Below are positions 29,055 through 39,608 of a stretch of DNA of 64,000 nt, piece after piece. The position numbers were made by a program, and so were the translations under genes. The stretch's first letter is position 1. The number at the start of each line of letters is the position of its first letter. The notes under the pieces are model-generated. The model saw only the letters and a list, made by a program, of their open reading frames with translations. It made no database searches and was not told where the DNA came from. Source of the stretch: Candidatus Omnitrophota bacterium (GTDB lineage Bacteria; Omnitrophota; Gorgyraeia; Duberdicusellales; 4484-171); assembly GCA_003154195.1 (NCBI GenBank), contig PMCS01000008.1:15366-79365 (forward strand). The letters are read 5' to 3'.

Positions 29055-30458
29055 TCAAATTTCTTTCATATTATTTTTGATGGAGTTATTACTAATTCTC
29101 TTAAATTCCTCCAAAATACCATCCATCAAGATATTAATATCTCCCGCCCCCAGGCCAATCACGATATCCCCTTCCTCCAGATAAAGCGGGACTGTCTTTA
29201 TCAACTTATCTTTCGGAACATACTTTACTGATTTACATGATTTTTTCTTTATTTCCCCGGCTAGAATATGACCGCTTAGCCCTTCGATCTCTTTTTCGCA
29301 CGCCGAATATATATCCGTAACAATAACTTCGTCGGCGCAGGAAAAACAGGAACCGAATTCGCCGCACAATGCTTTCGCCCGGGAAAAACGGTGGGGCTGG
29401 AAAATAGCCACCAGACGACGCGGATTAAGCAAGCGGGCTGCCTTTAAAACCGCTTGAATCTCCGAGGGGTGATGCGCATAATCATCTACAAAAGTAACCT
29501 GCTGAACAACTTCTTTTATTTGAAACCGCCTCTTAGTCCCTTTAAAATCGGCCATAAAATCTATGACCCGGGCAAGGTCTTCGCCCAGATAATGGAAAAA
29601 ACCCAAAACCGCTAAAGAATTAAGCGCGTTATGTTCGCCCAGCAGAGGTATTTTTACCCGGGAAACCGGCTTGTTATCGATAAAAAAAGAAAAGTTGCTG
29701 AACCGGCCGTCAAAAGAAAAATCATCGGCCCTGAATTTATTACTGTCGCTAAAACCGTAAGTCCAGCCGTCAGCCTTGACGATAATATCGCGTAAATAAG
29801 GGTCCTCGCCCCAGCCGATAACTTTGCCTTTAGTCTGATAGGCAAATTTCTGGAAGCCCGCTCTCAGGTTTTCAATATTTTTATAGTAGTCAAGATGTTC
29901 CGCGTCAATATTGGTAATCAGAGAAACCAGGGGGTTATAGTACAGAAAACTTGCGTCGCTCTCATCGGTCTCAATCACAAAATATTCATCGCCCCACCAG
30001 GCACTACGAGAATAGTTCAGGGGCACCCCCCCCACAAATACCGTCGGTTTATAACCCAAGGCGGTCAAAAGATAGCCCGTAAAAGCCGTGGTCGTGGTTT
30101 TACCATGGCTGCCGGCAACAGCAATAGTTTTTTTATCCCAGGTAAGCAATCCTAAAAGTTCGCCCCGTTTCAGGATCGTCAAGCCGCGGCAGCCAGCCTC
30201 GATAAGTTCGGAATTATCATCTTTGATTGCCGAAGAATATGTGACTAAATTGGTATCCGGCGCGATGTTTTCTTTTCGATGGCCGATAAAAATATCGATA
30301 CCTTCCCGGCGAAGCATCGCGACCGTAGGACTATCCTGTATATCCGAACCGCAAACCCGAAAACCCTTATCTTTTAAAAGTAAAGCCAAACCGCTCATGC
30401 CGATGCCGCCGATACCGATAAAATGAATATTTTTTACTCCTGATAGAATTTTTTCCAT
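29055..30458 (-). CDS. murC: UDP-N-acetylmuramate--L-alanine ligase
   Basis: HFIGIGGIGMSGLA and the Mur ligase GSHGKTTTT. Confidence 0.9.
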   Translation of the reverse strand: MEKILSGVKNIHFIGIGGIGMSGLALLLKDKGFRVCGSDIQDSPTVAMLRREGIDIFIGHRKENIAPDTNLVTYSSAIKDDNSELIEAGCRGLTILKRGELLGLLTWDKKTIAVAGSHGKTTTTAFTGYLLTALGYKPTVFVGGVPLNYSRSAWWGDEYFVIETDESDASFLYYNPLVSLITNIDAEHLDYYKNIENLRAGFQKFAYQTKGKVIGWGEDPYLRDIIVKADGWTYGFSDSNKFRADDFSFDGRFSNFSFFIDNKPVSRVKIPLLGEHNALNSLAVLGFFHYLGEDLARVIDFMADFKGTKRRFQIKEVVQQVTFVDDYAHHPSEIQAVLKAARLLNPRRLVAIFQPHRFSRAKALCGEFGSCFSCADEVIVTDIYSACEKEIEGLSGHILAGEIKKKSCKSVKYVPKDKLIKTVPLYLEEGDIVIGLGAGDINILMDGILEEFKRISNNSIKNNMKEI

Positions 30459-31339
30459 CCGTCCTCCAGATTTTTCATAGTGGTGAATACTCCGAATGAC
30501 TTGATCAGGGCTTCCTCCAGGGTTGCGTCATTGCGCAAACAAAACAAAAAATAGTTAAAAGTATCCCGGCCGCGGTCTTTGATCATAAAATTAATCAGCG
30601 AGAAAGATTCAATATAAAAAATATCGGCATATTCTTGAGGCTGACTATTTAAAAATAAACCGTCGATTTTATTCAATTTTTCAAAAGGTATATAGTTATT
30701 ATCTCTAATCATAACTTTCGCGGCCGGTAGATATCCCTGATGGGCTCCGTTATTATATTTATCTTCAATATACATCGCGACAGCTTCATCAAGCCATAAA
30801 GGAAAATTCTTTTCGCCGACGTACTCCCGGAAAATTATATGCGTCAGCTCATGCGCCAATATCGCAGAAAATCGATTCTGATTCGGGTAGGTATAAATCA
30901 GGCGTTCCCGGTAATCGACGCACGCCCCGGACCATTGGGGGCAATTAAAACGCCGGGAATAATCATCGCGGTCCCTGGCGACATAAATTTTTGCCCTGTT
31001 TTCCCAAAGCCAAAGCTTACCCCTGATGAGGTTGAATTCCTCCGTAATCCGGGAGAAAAACTGTTCCGCGATATCCCTTATGCCATAGGCATAGTTATCG
31101 CCCACCGCCGGAGAATAATAAATAATGAAATGATCACACTTTAATTCCTTAAAATCAGATTCCTGCGCGAAACAAATAATGGAACAAAAAATACAAAATA
31201 AAAAAAATTGACAAAATACCTTAGTCCACAGGTTAATCAGATTATTCAGATTAATTTTTACAGATTTTTTATGATTTTTTTCTGTATAATCCGCAAAACC
31301 AGTCAATAACGTTTTTATCTTTAAAATATTTTTAACCAT
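30434..31339 (-). CDS. Membrane-anchored putative zinc metallopeptidase (HExxH...E) embedded in the dcw cluster
   Basis: Transmembrane helix FCQFFLFCIFCSIICFA, then AILAHELTHIIF with WLDEAVAMYIE about 20 residues later (gluzincin-like). Overlaps the murC start by 25 bp. Confidence 0.4.
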   Translation of the reverse strand: MVKNILKIKTLLTGFADYTEKNHKKSVKINLNNLINLWTKVFCQFFLFCIFCSIICFAQESDFKELKCDHFIIYYSPAVGDNYAYGIRDIAEQFFSRITEEFNLIRGKLWLWENRAKIYVARDRDDYSRRFNCPQWSGACVDYRERLIYTYPNQNRFSAILAHELTHIIFREYVGEKNFPLWLDEAVAMYIEDKYNNGAHQGYLPAAKVMIRDNNYIPFEKLNKIDGLFLNSQPQEYADIFYIESFSLINFMIKDRGRDTFNYFLFCLRNDATLEEALIKSFGVFTTMKNLEDGWKKFYQE

Positions 31340-31359
31340 TGATTTTTCCGATAAATCTG

Positions 31360-31432
31360 TCCCGTTACCCTGAATGAAATATTTAGGTGCGGGACGCCCC
31401 GAACCTAAATAGATTATCTATGGTAACGGGGC
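31360..31432. repeat. Intergenic palindrome with cccgtta/taacggg termini
   Basis: gccccgttaccctgaatgaaatatttaggt ... acctaaatagattatctatggtaacggggc. Confidence 0.7.
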
Positions 31433-31484
31433 TGCGAAATATGTGGACTAGAATCTTTTATTGTTTTTGCCTTTTATCTATTAT

Positions 31485-32513
31485 TTATTTCAGCATCCGC
31501 CCAATGTTCTCGCCGAATTCATCGCAAGCTACCGCTAATTTTATTTTTGCCAAATTGGCAATCATGCCATTTCTTACCGCGTCATCGAAAAGCAATTCTC
31601 CCGCGCGAAGTTTAAAATCGGCAAAATTAAAATCGTCCTGCGTAAAGACACGGGCGGCGCCGCGTTCTTCAAAATACAAAGCATTGGCTTTTTGATGCCC
31701 GCCGGCCGCGGGATAGGGAATCAATATTGGCGGTATTCCGTAATAGGAAATTTCCGCCAGGGTCGAAGCCCCCGCGCGCGAAATAATCAGATCAGCCGCG
31801 CTGTAAAGATATTGCATATCGTAATAAAAATCTTTTATAAATTTTGCTTTTTCTATTTTTTCATACATCGCCAAACATTCGCGATAATTATTCTTGCCGG
31901 TAAGATGAATGATCAAAAATTCCTCATCCAGCTCTGCGACGAGTTTTATAAAATTTTTATTCAGGAATTCTGAGCCCTGGCTTCCGCCAAAACATAAAAT
32001 CCCGGGTTTACCGTTTAAACCCAAATGCTTTCTCGCTTCATCCCTGTTTATCTTTCTTATATTTTCCCTTAAAGGAACGCCGACGACACAAGCTTTATCG
32101 CGGTTATCGCCGGCATCAAAACCGTATATCACCTTGCGGCTGAAAAAAGAAAGCGCCTTGTTTGCCGCGCCCATAACGGCGTTAGGTTCATAAACCGCCG
32201 TCGGGATAAAAATACAAGAGCTGAAAAAAAGTAAAAAAAAACTATCCCTTCCTCCGAAACCGATAACCCGCTCTGGCCTGACCAACAACAAAATATAAAC
32301 CGCTTCGCTAAACCGCCATAATGCTTCACAAAAAATATTTCTCTTTTTAAAAACTTTTCCCCATACCTTATATCCCCTGTCCCTGATATAACCTTTCAAC
32401 GACTCGGCGGTGGCAAAAAAACAAACCTCTCCTTCTTTCTCAAAAGCCTTCGCAAAAACAAGAGCAGGGAAAATATGTCCTCCGCTCCTATCGCAAACCA
32501 ATAATGTTTTCAT
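31485..32513 (-). CDS. murG: UDP-GlcNAc:lipid I GlcNAc transferase
   Basis: GGHIFPALV at the N-terminus and the GT28 C-terminal domain. Confidence 0.85.
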   Translation of the reverse strand: MKTLLVCDRSGGHIFPALVFAKAFEKEGEVCFFATAESLKGYIRDRGYKVWGKVFKKRNIFCEALWRFSEAVYILLLVRPERVIGFGGRDSFFLLFFSSCIFIPTAVYEPNAVMGAANKALSFFSRKVIYGFDAGDNRDKACVVGVPLRENIRKINRDEARKHLGLNGKPGILCFGGSQGSEFLNKNFIKLVAELDEEFLIIHLTGKNNYRECLAMYEKIEKAKFIKDFYYDMQYLYSAADLIISRAGASTLAEISYYGIPPILIPYPAAGGHQKANALYFEERGAARVFTQDDFNFADFKLRAGELLFDDAVRNGMIANLAKIKLAVACDEFGENIGRMLK

Positions 32514-32610
32514 GTATTAACCTAAATAATCTCTAAGCGCCAAAGTATCAGAGTGCCAGGGCGGTTCTTTAACTTTGACGCTTTGCCCTTTTGACGCTAT
32601 GATCCTTCCG

Positions 32611-33921
32611 TCAATCTGCCAGCATTGGCTCCATCTTCCCGGCAACTTCGCGTATCTTCTCTTCATAAGGACGCGACGCGTTAAAAAATAACCCCAGAAG
32701 TATATAATGGGCGATCAAATTACTGCCGCCGTAACTCAAAAAAGGAAACGACAAGCCTTTGGTAGGAAAAAGGCCGCAGGCCACGCCGATATTCCCCAGT
32801 ATTTCTAAAAAAAATATAAAAGTTATCCCTAATAGAATCGCGCGACGCGATTCGCTGACGGCGAATCTGGCGATATTGAACATTTTATAAAAAATTGTAA
32901 AACACAAGGCCAATACCGCAAAAGAACCGAAAAACCCAAATTCTTCGGCAATAATAGAAAAAATAAAATCAGTGTGCGCCGCCGGTAAAAAAAATAATTT
33001 TTGCATTCCCTCTCCCAACCCTACGCCCGTAAGACCGCCATTACCGAAAGCAATCTGAGATTGAACAAGCTGGAACCCTGTTCCTTGCGGATCGGCAAAA
33101 GGATTAAGGTAGGCGGTTATCCGCCTAAAACGATAAGGATGAAGTTTAATCAGAAAAAATAACGCGATTAGCGCCAAAACAACGAGCGGCACGATATGCT
33201 TTGCCCTGGCGCGATATAAAACCAGAAAAAGCATCGTCCAAACAATCCAGAATACCGCTGTTCCTAAGTCCGGCTGCAAAAGGAGCAGGCCGCAGATAAC
33301 CACCATCACCAACCCTAAGGGGAGAAGCCCTCCGTAAAAACTTCTGAGCAAAACCCCTTTTCTCCTGAAATACTCTACGGCGTAAAATAAAAAAGTTATT
33401 TTCAATATTTCCGACGGCTGTAAATTAAAACCCGGGAGTTTAAACCAGCGGGTAGCACCGCCGGCGGTCCTGCCGATAACCGGCACTAAAGCCAGAAGCA
33501 CCAGCGTTAAAACCAAAAACAACTTATTATGACGGCGCAAAAAATCCAAATCGACAAGCAAGGCCAGGAGAAACAAAACAAGGCTTACGGCAAAATAAAC
33601 AACCTGGCGTATTAAAAAATACTGGGAATCTGAAGTTATTTTATAAGCATACATGCTTGAAGATTCATAAACCATAAGGATACCGAAAAGAGTAAGCAAA
33701 AAAACTGCGCCAAAAATAAACCGACGCTCCTTGCTTAATGGCTTTCGCGGCGGCGCTTCATTATCGGCGCCGTCTTCCTGACAAAAATAATCGGGTTGAG
33801 GACAAGCCTCCAGCGTTTTTCTGGGATGGGCAATAAAAATGCGAAGATTAGCAAACAATTTTTTAATATTTTGCAATTTACCTTCCAATGATTTTTTTAA
33901 TTTTAAGAGGTATTCTGTCAT
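32611..33921 (-). CDS. ftsW: SEDS-family lipid II flippase/polymerase FtsW
   Basis: Ten transmembrane helices and a SEDS core, with an N-terminal cytoplasmic extension of about 75 aa. Confidence 0.85.
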   Translation of the reverse strand: MTEYLLKLKKSLEGKLQNIKKLFANLRIFIAHPRKTLEACPQPDYFCQEDGADNEAPPRKPLSKERRFIFGAVFLLTLFGILMVYESSSMYAYKITSDSQYFLIRQVVYFAVSLVLFLLALLVDLDFLRRHNKLFLVLTLVLLALVPVIGRTAGGATRWFKLPGFNLQPSEILKITFLFYAVEYFRRKGVLLRSFYGGLLPLGLVMVVICGLLLLQPDLGTAVFWIVWTMLFLVLYRARAKHIVPLVVLALIALFFLIKLHPYRFRRITAYLNPFADPQGTGFQLVQSQIAFGNGGLTGVGLGEGMQKLFFLPAAHTDFIFSIIAEEFGFFGSFAVLALCFTIFYKMFNIARFAVSESRRAILLGITFIFFLEILGNIGVACGLFPTKGLSFPFLSYGGSNLIAHYILLGLFFNASRPYEEKIREVAGKMEPMLAD

Positions 33922-33960
33922 TTTAAAATGAATTGGCCATCGGTCTTTGGTCTTTAATTA

Positions 33961-35211
33961 TTATTCACCTAAACTATTGACTATCTGGACAAACTTCCTC
34001 CCCCTATCCATGTAATTCATAAACATATCGAAGCTGGCGCACATCGGCGAAAGAATGACCGTATCACCCCGGGACGCTTCCGCAAAAGAAGCGGCAACGG
34101 CATCCTCCAGCGACGGGAAAATTTCCACAGCGGCGAGTAAACCCAATTCATTTTTTATTTTCGGCGCGGCCTGGCCGATTAAATTAAGCTTTTTGACTTT
34201 TTCCAGATAAGGGTTGATTAAATCGTAATCTACGCCTTTATCTTTTCCGCCGGCGATCAGGATAATTTTCCCCCTGGTGTTCTTAAGCGCCCATATAGTA
34301 GAAGATGGGTTCGTAGATTTAGAATCATTCACAAAAGTAACGCCGTTGATTCTTTTCACGAATTGCATCCGGTGCGGCAATCCCTTAAATTCCGAAAATG
34401 CCTTTACGCAATCGGCCTTAGCCACATCAAAAATGCTTGCTATCCGGCAAGCGCACGAATAATTCGCGTTATCAAACTCATCGGAAAAATACAAAACTTT
34501 TGCTTTTATATTTTTTTCCACATCGGAACGCAAACGCATATCTTTATTGATAATTGCCCAATCATCTTTTTTTTGATTCTTGAAAATATTCATTTTGGCG
34601 TTAAGGTAATCCTTGAAGGTCGGATGCCGGTCTAAGTGGTTAGGGCCGACGTTGAGAAGCACGGCAACATGCGGCCGGAATTCTAAAATTGTTTCCAATT
34701 GAAAAGAGCTTATCTCTAAAACAATTAAATCGCCTTTTTTAGTATTTAAAACAAAGGAAGAAACGGGAATGCCGATATTTCCGCCCAAGAAAACTCTTTT
34801 GCGTTTTTCTTTTAATGCCCGGTAGGTGAGAAAAGTCGTAGTAGATTTTCCGTTGGTCCCAGTAATCGCGATAAATTTTGCCTTGGTCAGCCAAAAAGCA
34901 AACTCGACTTCCCCCACACAAAGAATACCGAGCTCCTTAGAGATTCTGGCAACGTCCGATGTCAAAGGATCTACGCCCGGACTTAAAACAACAAGTTGAC
35001 AATCTTTGATAAATTTTTCGCTATTGGCGCCGAATTCGAATTGGACGCCTCTCTCTCCATACCGAGTGATGGGCAACGGATGGAATGAATCCTTCTCTTT
35101 AATCTCGGTCAGTTTAACCTCTTTTTTCAGCGCAAGCAAAGCATCGCAAAGAGCGATACCACTCCGGCCCCATCCCACCACACCTACTTTTTTGATGCTA
35201 TCGATGTCCAT
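33961..35211 (-). CDS. murD: UDP-N-acetylmuramoylalanine--D-glutamate ligase
   Basis: Mur ligase GTNGKSTTT, in the dcw position. Confidence 0.88.
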   Translation of the reverse strand: MDIDSIKKVGVVGWGRSGIALCDALLALKKEVKLTEIKEKDSFHPLPITRYGERGVQFEFGANSEKFIKDCQLVVLSPGVDPLTSDVARISKELGILCVGEVEFAFWLTKAKFIAITGTNGKSTTTFLTYRALKEKRKRVFLGGNIGIPVSSFVLNTKKGDLIVLEISSFQLETILEFRPHVAVLLNVGPNHLDRHPTFKDYLNAKMNIFKNQKKDDWAIINKDMRLRSDVEKNIKAKVLYFSDEFDNANYSCACRIASIFDVAKADCVKAFSEFKGLPHRMQFVKRINGVTFVNDSKSTNPSSTIWALKNTRGKIILIAGGKDKGVDYDLINPYLEKVKKLNLIGQAAPKIKNELGLLAAVEIFPSLEDAVAASFAEASRGDTVILSPMCASFDMFMNYMDRGRKFVQIVNSLGE

Positions 35212-35219
35212 TTTATTAT

Positions 35220-35430
35220 TTTTGTAATACAGATGATCGCGGATTAAAAATCAACAGATGATCACAGATAATTACCAAAAATTCCAAGCACCGAATAACA
35301 ATTAAATACCAACAACCAGAATTCTAATGACCTGGACAAAAACCGATTAAGTCATCCGGTAATTGAAATTTATAATTTAATTATCTTATCAGCGATCATC
35401 AGCTTCTTCTAATCTGCGATCATCTGCGTT
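35220..35430. repeat. Intergenic repeat built from gatcatc/cagatgatc words
   Basis: The segment atcttatcagcgatcatcagct...aatctgcgatcatctgcg matches 56903-56962. A shorter relative lies at 17990-18045. Confidence 0.65.
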
Positions 35431-36511
35431 AACGCAGTTTCAACGTCAACAACGCCGCCACGGCAAAAAGTGCCGAAACAATCCAAAAACGCACGGTTAC
35501 TTTTGATTCTTTCCATCCCATTAGTTGAAAATGATGATGCAGGGGCGCGGCCAAAAATATTTTTTTGCCTCTCAGCCGCACCGAAAGAATCTGTAATATT
35601 ACGCTTAAGGTTTCGATAACAAAAAGGCCGCCGGTGATTATCAACAAAAACTCTTTCTTTATAAAAAGCGCGATCATGCCGATAACTCCCCCTAAAGATA
35701 AAGCCCCCACGTCACCCATGAAAATTTCCGCCGGATGTGCGTTGAACCACAAAAATCCCAGGCCCGCGCCCATCAACGCCAGGCAAACCACCGATAATTC
35801 TCCGGCGCCTTTAACAAACGGAATAAAAAGATAATGCGAAAATTTGACATTGCCTGCCACATAGCTGAATACGGTAAAGATTAAAGCGTTAGTGAGAACT
35901 CCGCCGATTGCTAACCCATCGAGGCCGTCGGTAAGATTAACCGCGTTTGATGTGGCGACAATAACCAAAGCAACCCAGAAAATGTAAAAATAACTCAAAT
36001 CCACTACCACCCGCTTAAAAAAAGGAAAATCCCAGGTCGTAGAGATATTCCGGTTTAACGTTATTAAAAAACCTAAAATCAATCCGATAAAAATCTGGGA
36101 AAATAATTTATCGCGCCGCGTCAAGCCTTTACCGGTTTTGATTTTGGTTAAATCATCCTGCAAACCCAGCGCGCCCAGAAAAGACGCCGTCAGGATAACT
36201 ACCCAGATAAAATAGTTATCGAGCCTGGCCCAGAGTAAAGTTGTCAAAATAAAAGAAGAAAGAATCAAAACACCGCCCATGGTAGGCGTTCCTTTTTTTT
36301 CGGAGTATAAAGACTCCAGCGGTTTATATCCATACATATCTATTCTTTCGACAAACTGGAGTTTTTTTATCCAGGCGATAACAAATTTCCAAAACAACAT
36401 CACCAGCAGAAAAGAAGTGATAAAAGCGCACCCTCCCCGGAAGGTGATGTATTTGGTTACATTTAAAACCGAAATATACTTTGATAAAGGGTAGAGTAGA
36501 TGATAAATCAT
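35429..36511 (-). CDS. mraY: Phospho-N-acetylmuramoyl-pentapeptide transferase
   Basis: MraY motifs NAVNLTDGLDGLA and PTMGG. Confidence 0.9.
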   Translation of the reverse strand: MIYHLLYPLSKYISVLNVTKYITFRGGCAFITSFLLVMLFWKFVIAWIKKLQFVERIDMYGYKPLESLYSEKKGTPTMGGVLILSSFILTTLLWARLDNYFIWVVILTASFLGALGLQDDLTKIKTGKGLTRRDKLFSQIFIGLILGFLITLNRNISTTWDFPFFKRVVVDLSYFYIFWVALVIVATSNAVNLTDGLDGLAIGGVLTNALIFTVFSYVAGNVKFSHYLFIPFVKGAGELSVVCLALMGAGLGFLWFNAHPAEIFMGDVGALSLGGVIGMIALFIKKEFLLIITGGLFVIETLSVILQILSVRLRGKKIFLAAPLHHHFQLMGWKESKVTVRFWIVSALFAVAALLTLKLR

Positions 36512-36540
36512 AAATTTATTATATTTGAATGATTGCTATC

Positions 36541-36624
36541 GGTTACTAAAGGTTACAAAAGGTTGTAAAGCCCCCGGCAACCGTTAGTAACCAATAGCAA
36601 CCAGCAGTAACCTTTAGTAACCAT
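36541..36624. repeat. Intergenic word-palindrome (ggttac/gtaacc words)
   Basis: ggttactaaaggttacaaaaggttg ... cagtaacctttagtaaccatt. Confidence 0.7.
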
Positions 36625-37991
36625 TAAGCTTTATCGGTTTTAAGCTCCTCTATCACTTTCTCCAACTCCATCTTTCTTGAGCCTTTGAGAAAAATTAAAT
36701 ACTTATCGCGCCCTTCGTTCCCCCGGCGTGTTTCTTTTTTAATAAAATCAGCGATATCTTTATGGGAAAAAAAATGAAAAGCTTTGACGCCGCCGCGAGC
36801 CCGAAGCTCTTCGTTCAAATATCTTGCCTCATCGCCTATAGTCAAGCAATAAGCACATTGGGATTTGATAATCGAACCGGCTAAGGATTTATGATAATAA
36901 ATAGACTTATCGCCTAACTCCCGCATATCTCCCACCACGGCAATTTTCGTATAGGGAAAAAACCCGAGGCTTTTTAAGACTTCACAAAAAGCGTAGGGAT
37001 TGGAATTATATGAATCGTCGATAATAGTAAAACCGTTGATCTCCTTAAGCTCCATACGCGATTTAGGGAAATCATTAAAATTACTCAAACTTCCCACCGC
37101 CGTTTTTAAAGATATATTTTTAATCCCGGCCGCGGCTATCGCCGCCATGGCGTTGGAGATAAAACCGGCAAACGGCGTGGCTAATTTTAATTCGTATTTA
37201 TCGCAGATTATAAAAACCGACTCTTTAGCGCTGCTATTGATCAAGCGGCCATATACATTATTTTCGTTACTTTTGCCGAACCAAAAAACTTTTTTGCATG
37301 AATCTACCTTTCGCAAACAATTGTCATCGGCGTTCAGCACGGCTTTTATTCTACGGTTTTCTCTCAGAAGAGATATTTTTTCTTGATATATGGCGTTTAA
37401 GCTGCCAAATCCTTCCCAGTGAACCGGTTTTATGAAAGTAATGACGCCGACATCGGGCAAAGCCATTTGCGCAAGCGTCTTTATTTCTCCCGGATGATTA
37501 GTGCCTAATTCTAAAATCATAATTTTTTCATCGTTAAGGGCAAAAATTGTTTTAGCCACGCCCAAAATATTATTTTCGGTCTTGTTATTTTTAAGAACCT
37601 TGAATTTATCCCGCAGGCAAAACGCCAGCATTTCCTTAGTCGTGGTTTTTCCCACTGAACCGGTTATCGCGTAAACAAAAGGATTCTTATACTTACGAAC
37701 ATACCGGGCGCATTTAGCCAAAGCCAGGTAACTGTCGCCGACGATAAAAAACGGGACCTTGTGCGGCACAGCAATATATTTTTGGGCAATAATCAGAGAA
37801 GCGCCTTTCCTTACCGCTTCCGCGATATAATCATGGCCGTCCTTATGCTCTCCCTTCAAAGCAATATAGGCCTGCTCCTTTTTAAGGGTACGCGTATCAA
37901 GAGAAAAGCCTTTAACCGGTTTAAAAAAATATAGATTATAGATTTTATCCGGTTTTAATAATTTTTTTAGGGTTAAAAAATCATTAATCAT
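36624..37991 (-). CDS. murF: UDP-MurNAc-tripeptide--D-Ala-D-Ala ligase
   Basis: ITGSVGKTTTKE, in the dcw position. Confidence 0.85.
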   Translation of the reverse strand: MINDFLTLKKLLKPDKIYNLYFFKPVKGFSLDTRTLKKEQAYIALKGEHKDGHDYIAEAVRKGASLIIAQKYIAVPHKVPFFIVGDSYLALAKCARYVRKYKNPFVYAITGSVGKTTTKEMLAFCLRDKFKVLKNNKTENNILGVAKTIFALNDEKIMILELGTNHPGEIKTLAQMALPDVGVITFIKPVHWEGFGSLNAIYQEKISLLRENRRIKAVLNADDNCLRKVDSCKKVFWFGKSNENNVYGRLINSSAKESVFIICDKYELKLATPFAGFISNAMAAIAAAGIKNISLKTAVGSLSNFNDFPKSRMELKEINGFTIIDDSYNSNPYAFCEVLKSLGFFPYTKIAVVGDMRELGDKSIYYHKSLAGSIIKSQCAYCLTIGDEARYLNEELRARGGVKAFHFFSHKDIADFIKKETRRGNEGRDKYLIFLKGSRKMELEKVIEELKTDKA

Positions 37992-38039
37992 AATTTTTAT
38001 TTCTTACTGCGTAAAAAATAAATAACGATAATTGCGTAG

Positions 38040-38112
38040 AAACGGGCACCCGTGCCTGTCCTTTATTATTTAATATTTCATCATTGAGTAAGGGGGGGGC
38101 CGCCCCTACTGC
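38040..38112. repeat. Intergenic palindromic element (acggg...cccctac family)
   Basis: aacgggcacccgtgcc ... ggggggggccgcccctac. Confidence 0.6.
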
Positions 38113-38120
38113 ATATTTGA

Positions 38121-39608
38121 TTACAATTGTTGCGCGCAGTTGTGCCGGCGGTAATCATTTTTTATGCTCATCTCGTATATTTCTCTTATCACATCTCTAT
38201 CCTTAAACGGCACTTTTTTATTGCCGATCGCCTGATAATCTTCATGGCCCTTGCCCGCTGCCAACAAACAGCAATGGTCATATTGCGACTGAAGCATTAT
38301 CGCCTCTTTAATCGCCTGGTATCGGTCTACCACAATCTTGTAATTATTGCGGCTGAATCCGCGCTCGATTGCCCGGCAGATATCAACCGGGTCTTCGCAG
38401 CGCGGATTATCCGACGTGATAAACGAGAAATCCGCCAGAACGCACGCAACGTGCCCCATTAATGGCCGCTTGCCGTGGTCGCGTTCCCCGCCGCAACCGA
38501 ACACGCAAATAATATTCCGATAGCCTACCCGGCGCAAAGCGTTTAATGTTTTTTTCAAAGAATCATGAGTATGCGCGTAATCCACGAAAGTATCGGGCCT
38601 GACTTGTTCCAGCCTCCCTTCGACGCCGCTAAAACGCGAAAGGACAGCGGCTGTCCTTTTCATATCAAGCTTAAGCGAATAGGCGACAGCCGCGGCGGCA
38701 AGCAAATTAAAAACATTATGCTTTCCGATAAGGCGAGTGTTAATCGGCAGGGCCTTCTTACCATAGAGGAGACTGAAACTTCCTCCCTGCCGCCGCAGGA
38801 CAATATCTTCAGCCATCACATCTGATTTTTCTTTTATCCCAAAAGACAGTTTATTTTTTTGCCGCGCCAGGATAATCTTTCCGTAATGGTCATCGGCATT
38901 TACAATCGCCGTGCCCTGATTATTCTCGTTAAAAAACCTGTATTTAGCGTTAAAATAATTTTTCATCGTCTTATGATAATCTAAATGTTCTCGGCTTAAA
39001 TTAGTAAATACGCAGCGGCTGAATCTGATGCCCTCGATCCGACCCTGGTCTAAAGCGTGCGAAGAAACCTCCATTACCACATAATCGGTAGCGGCCCTTT
39101 TCATCTGCGCGAATAACCGGCGCAAAACTAAATATCCCGGGGTCGTATTGACCGCCTTAACCGCTTTATTGCCGATCCGGTACTCGATGGTGCCGATTAA
39201 AGCCGGGCGCTTGCCCATTTTCTTTAAAAGATGATAAATCAGGTAAGCGGTGGTGGTCTTACCTTTTGTCCCGGTTATGCCGATAAATTTAAAATTGGAT
39301 TCGGGATAAAACCTGTCGACCGCGGCTTTAAATTCTTTTTTTATATCCCCGACAAAAATAACCTTTTTACTCAGGCCCAGCGAATTCACCATGGTAACGT
39401 ATTTTTTATCGGCGACGAAAACACAAATTTTGCTCTCAAGCGATTTCAACGTCGAAAAAATATCAAAGTTATCTTTGGCAATGACAAAAAAAACATCCCC
39501 GCGGGAAACGTAACGGCTGTCATCGCTTATCCCGGCCGCCGCGATATTTCCTAATTCCTTATTCAGCGACAACGACAGAAAAATCTTTTTTAACTTCATT
39601 TTTGGCAA
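38121..39608 (-). CDS. murE: UDP-MurNAc-L-Ala-D-Glu--2,6-diaminopimelate ligase
   Basis: ITGTKGKTTTAY, in the dcw position. The start may be MKLKK at about 39599. Confidence 0.88.
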   Translation of the reverse strand: MPKMKLKKIFLSLSLNKELGNIAAAGISDDSRYVSRGDVFFVIAKDNFDIFSTLKSLESKICVFVADKKYVTMVNSLGLSKKVIFVGDIKKEFKAAVDRFYPESNFKFIGITGTKGKTTTAYLIYHLLKKMGKRPALIGTIEYRIGNKAVKAVNTTPGYLVLRRLFAQMKRAATDYVVMEVSSHALDQGRIEGIRFSRCVFTNLSREHLDYHKTMKNYFNAKYRFFNENNQGTAIVNADDHYGKIILARQKNKLSFGIKEKSDVMAEDIVLRRQGGSFSLLYGKKALPINTRLIGKHNVFNLLAAAAVAYSLKLDMKRTAAVLSRFSGVEGRLEQVRPDTFVDYAHTHDSLKKTLNALRRVGYRNIICVFGCGGERDHGKRPLMGHVACVLADFSFITSDNPRCEDPVDICRAIERGFSRNNYKIVVDRYQAIKEAIMLQSQYDHCCLLAAGKGHEDYQAIGNKKVPFKDRDVIREIYEMSIKNDYRRHNCAQQL

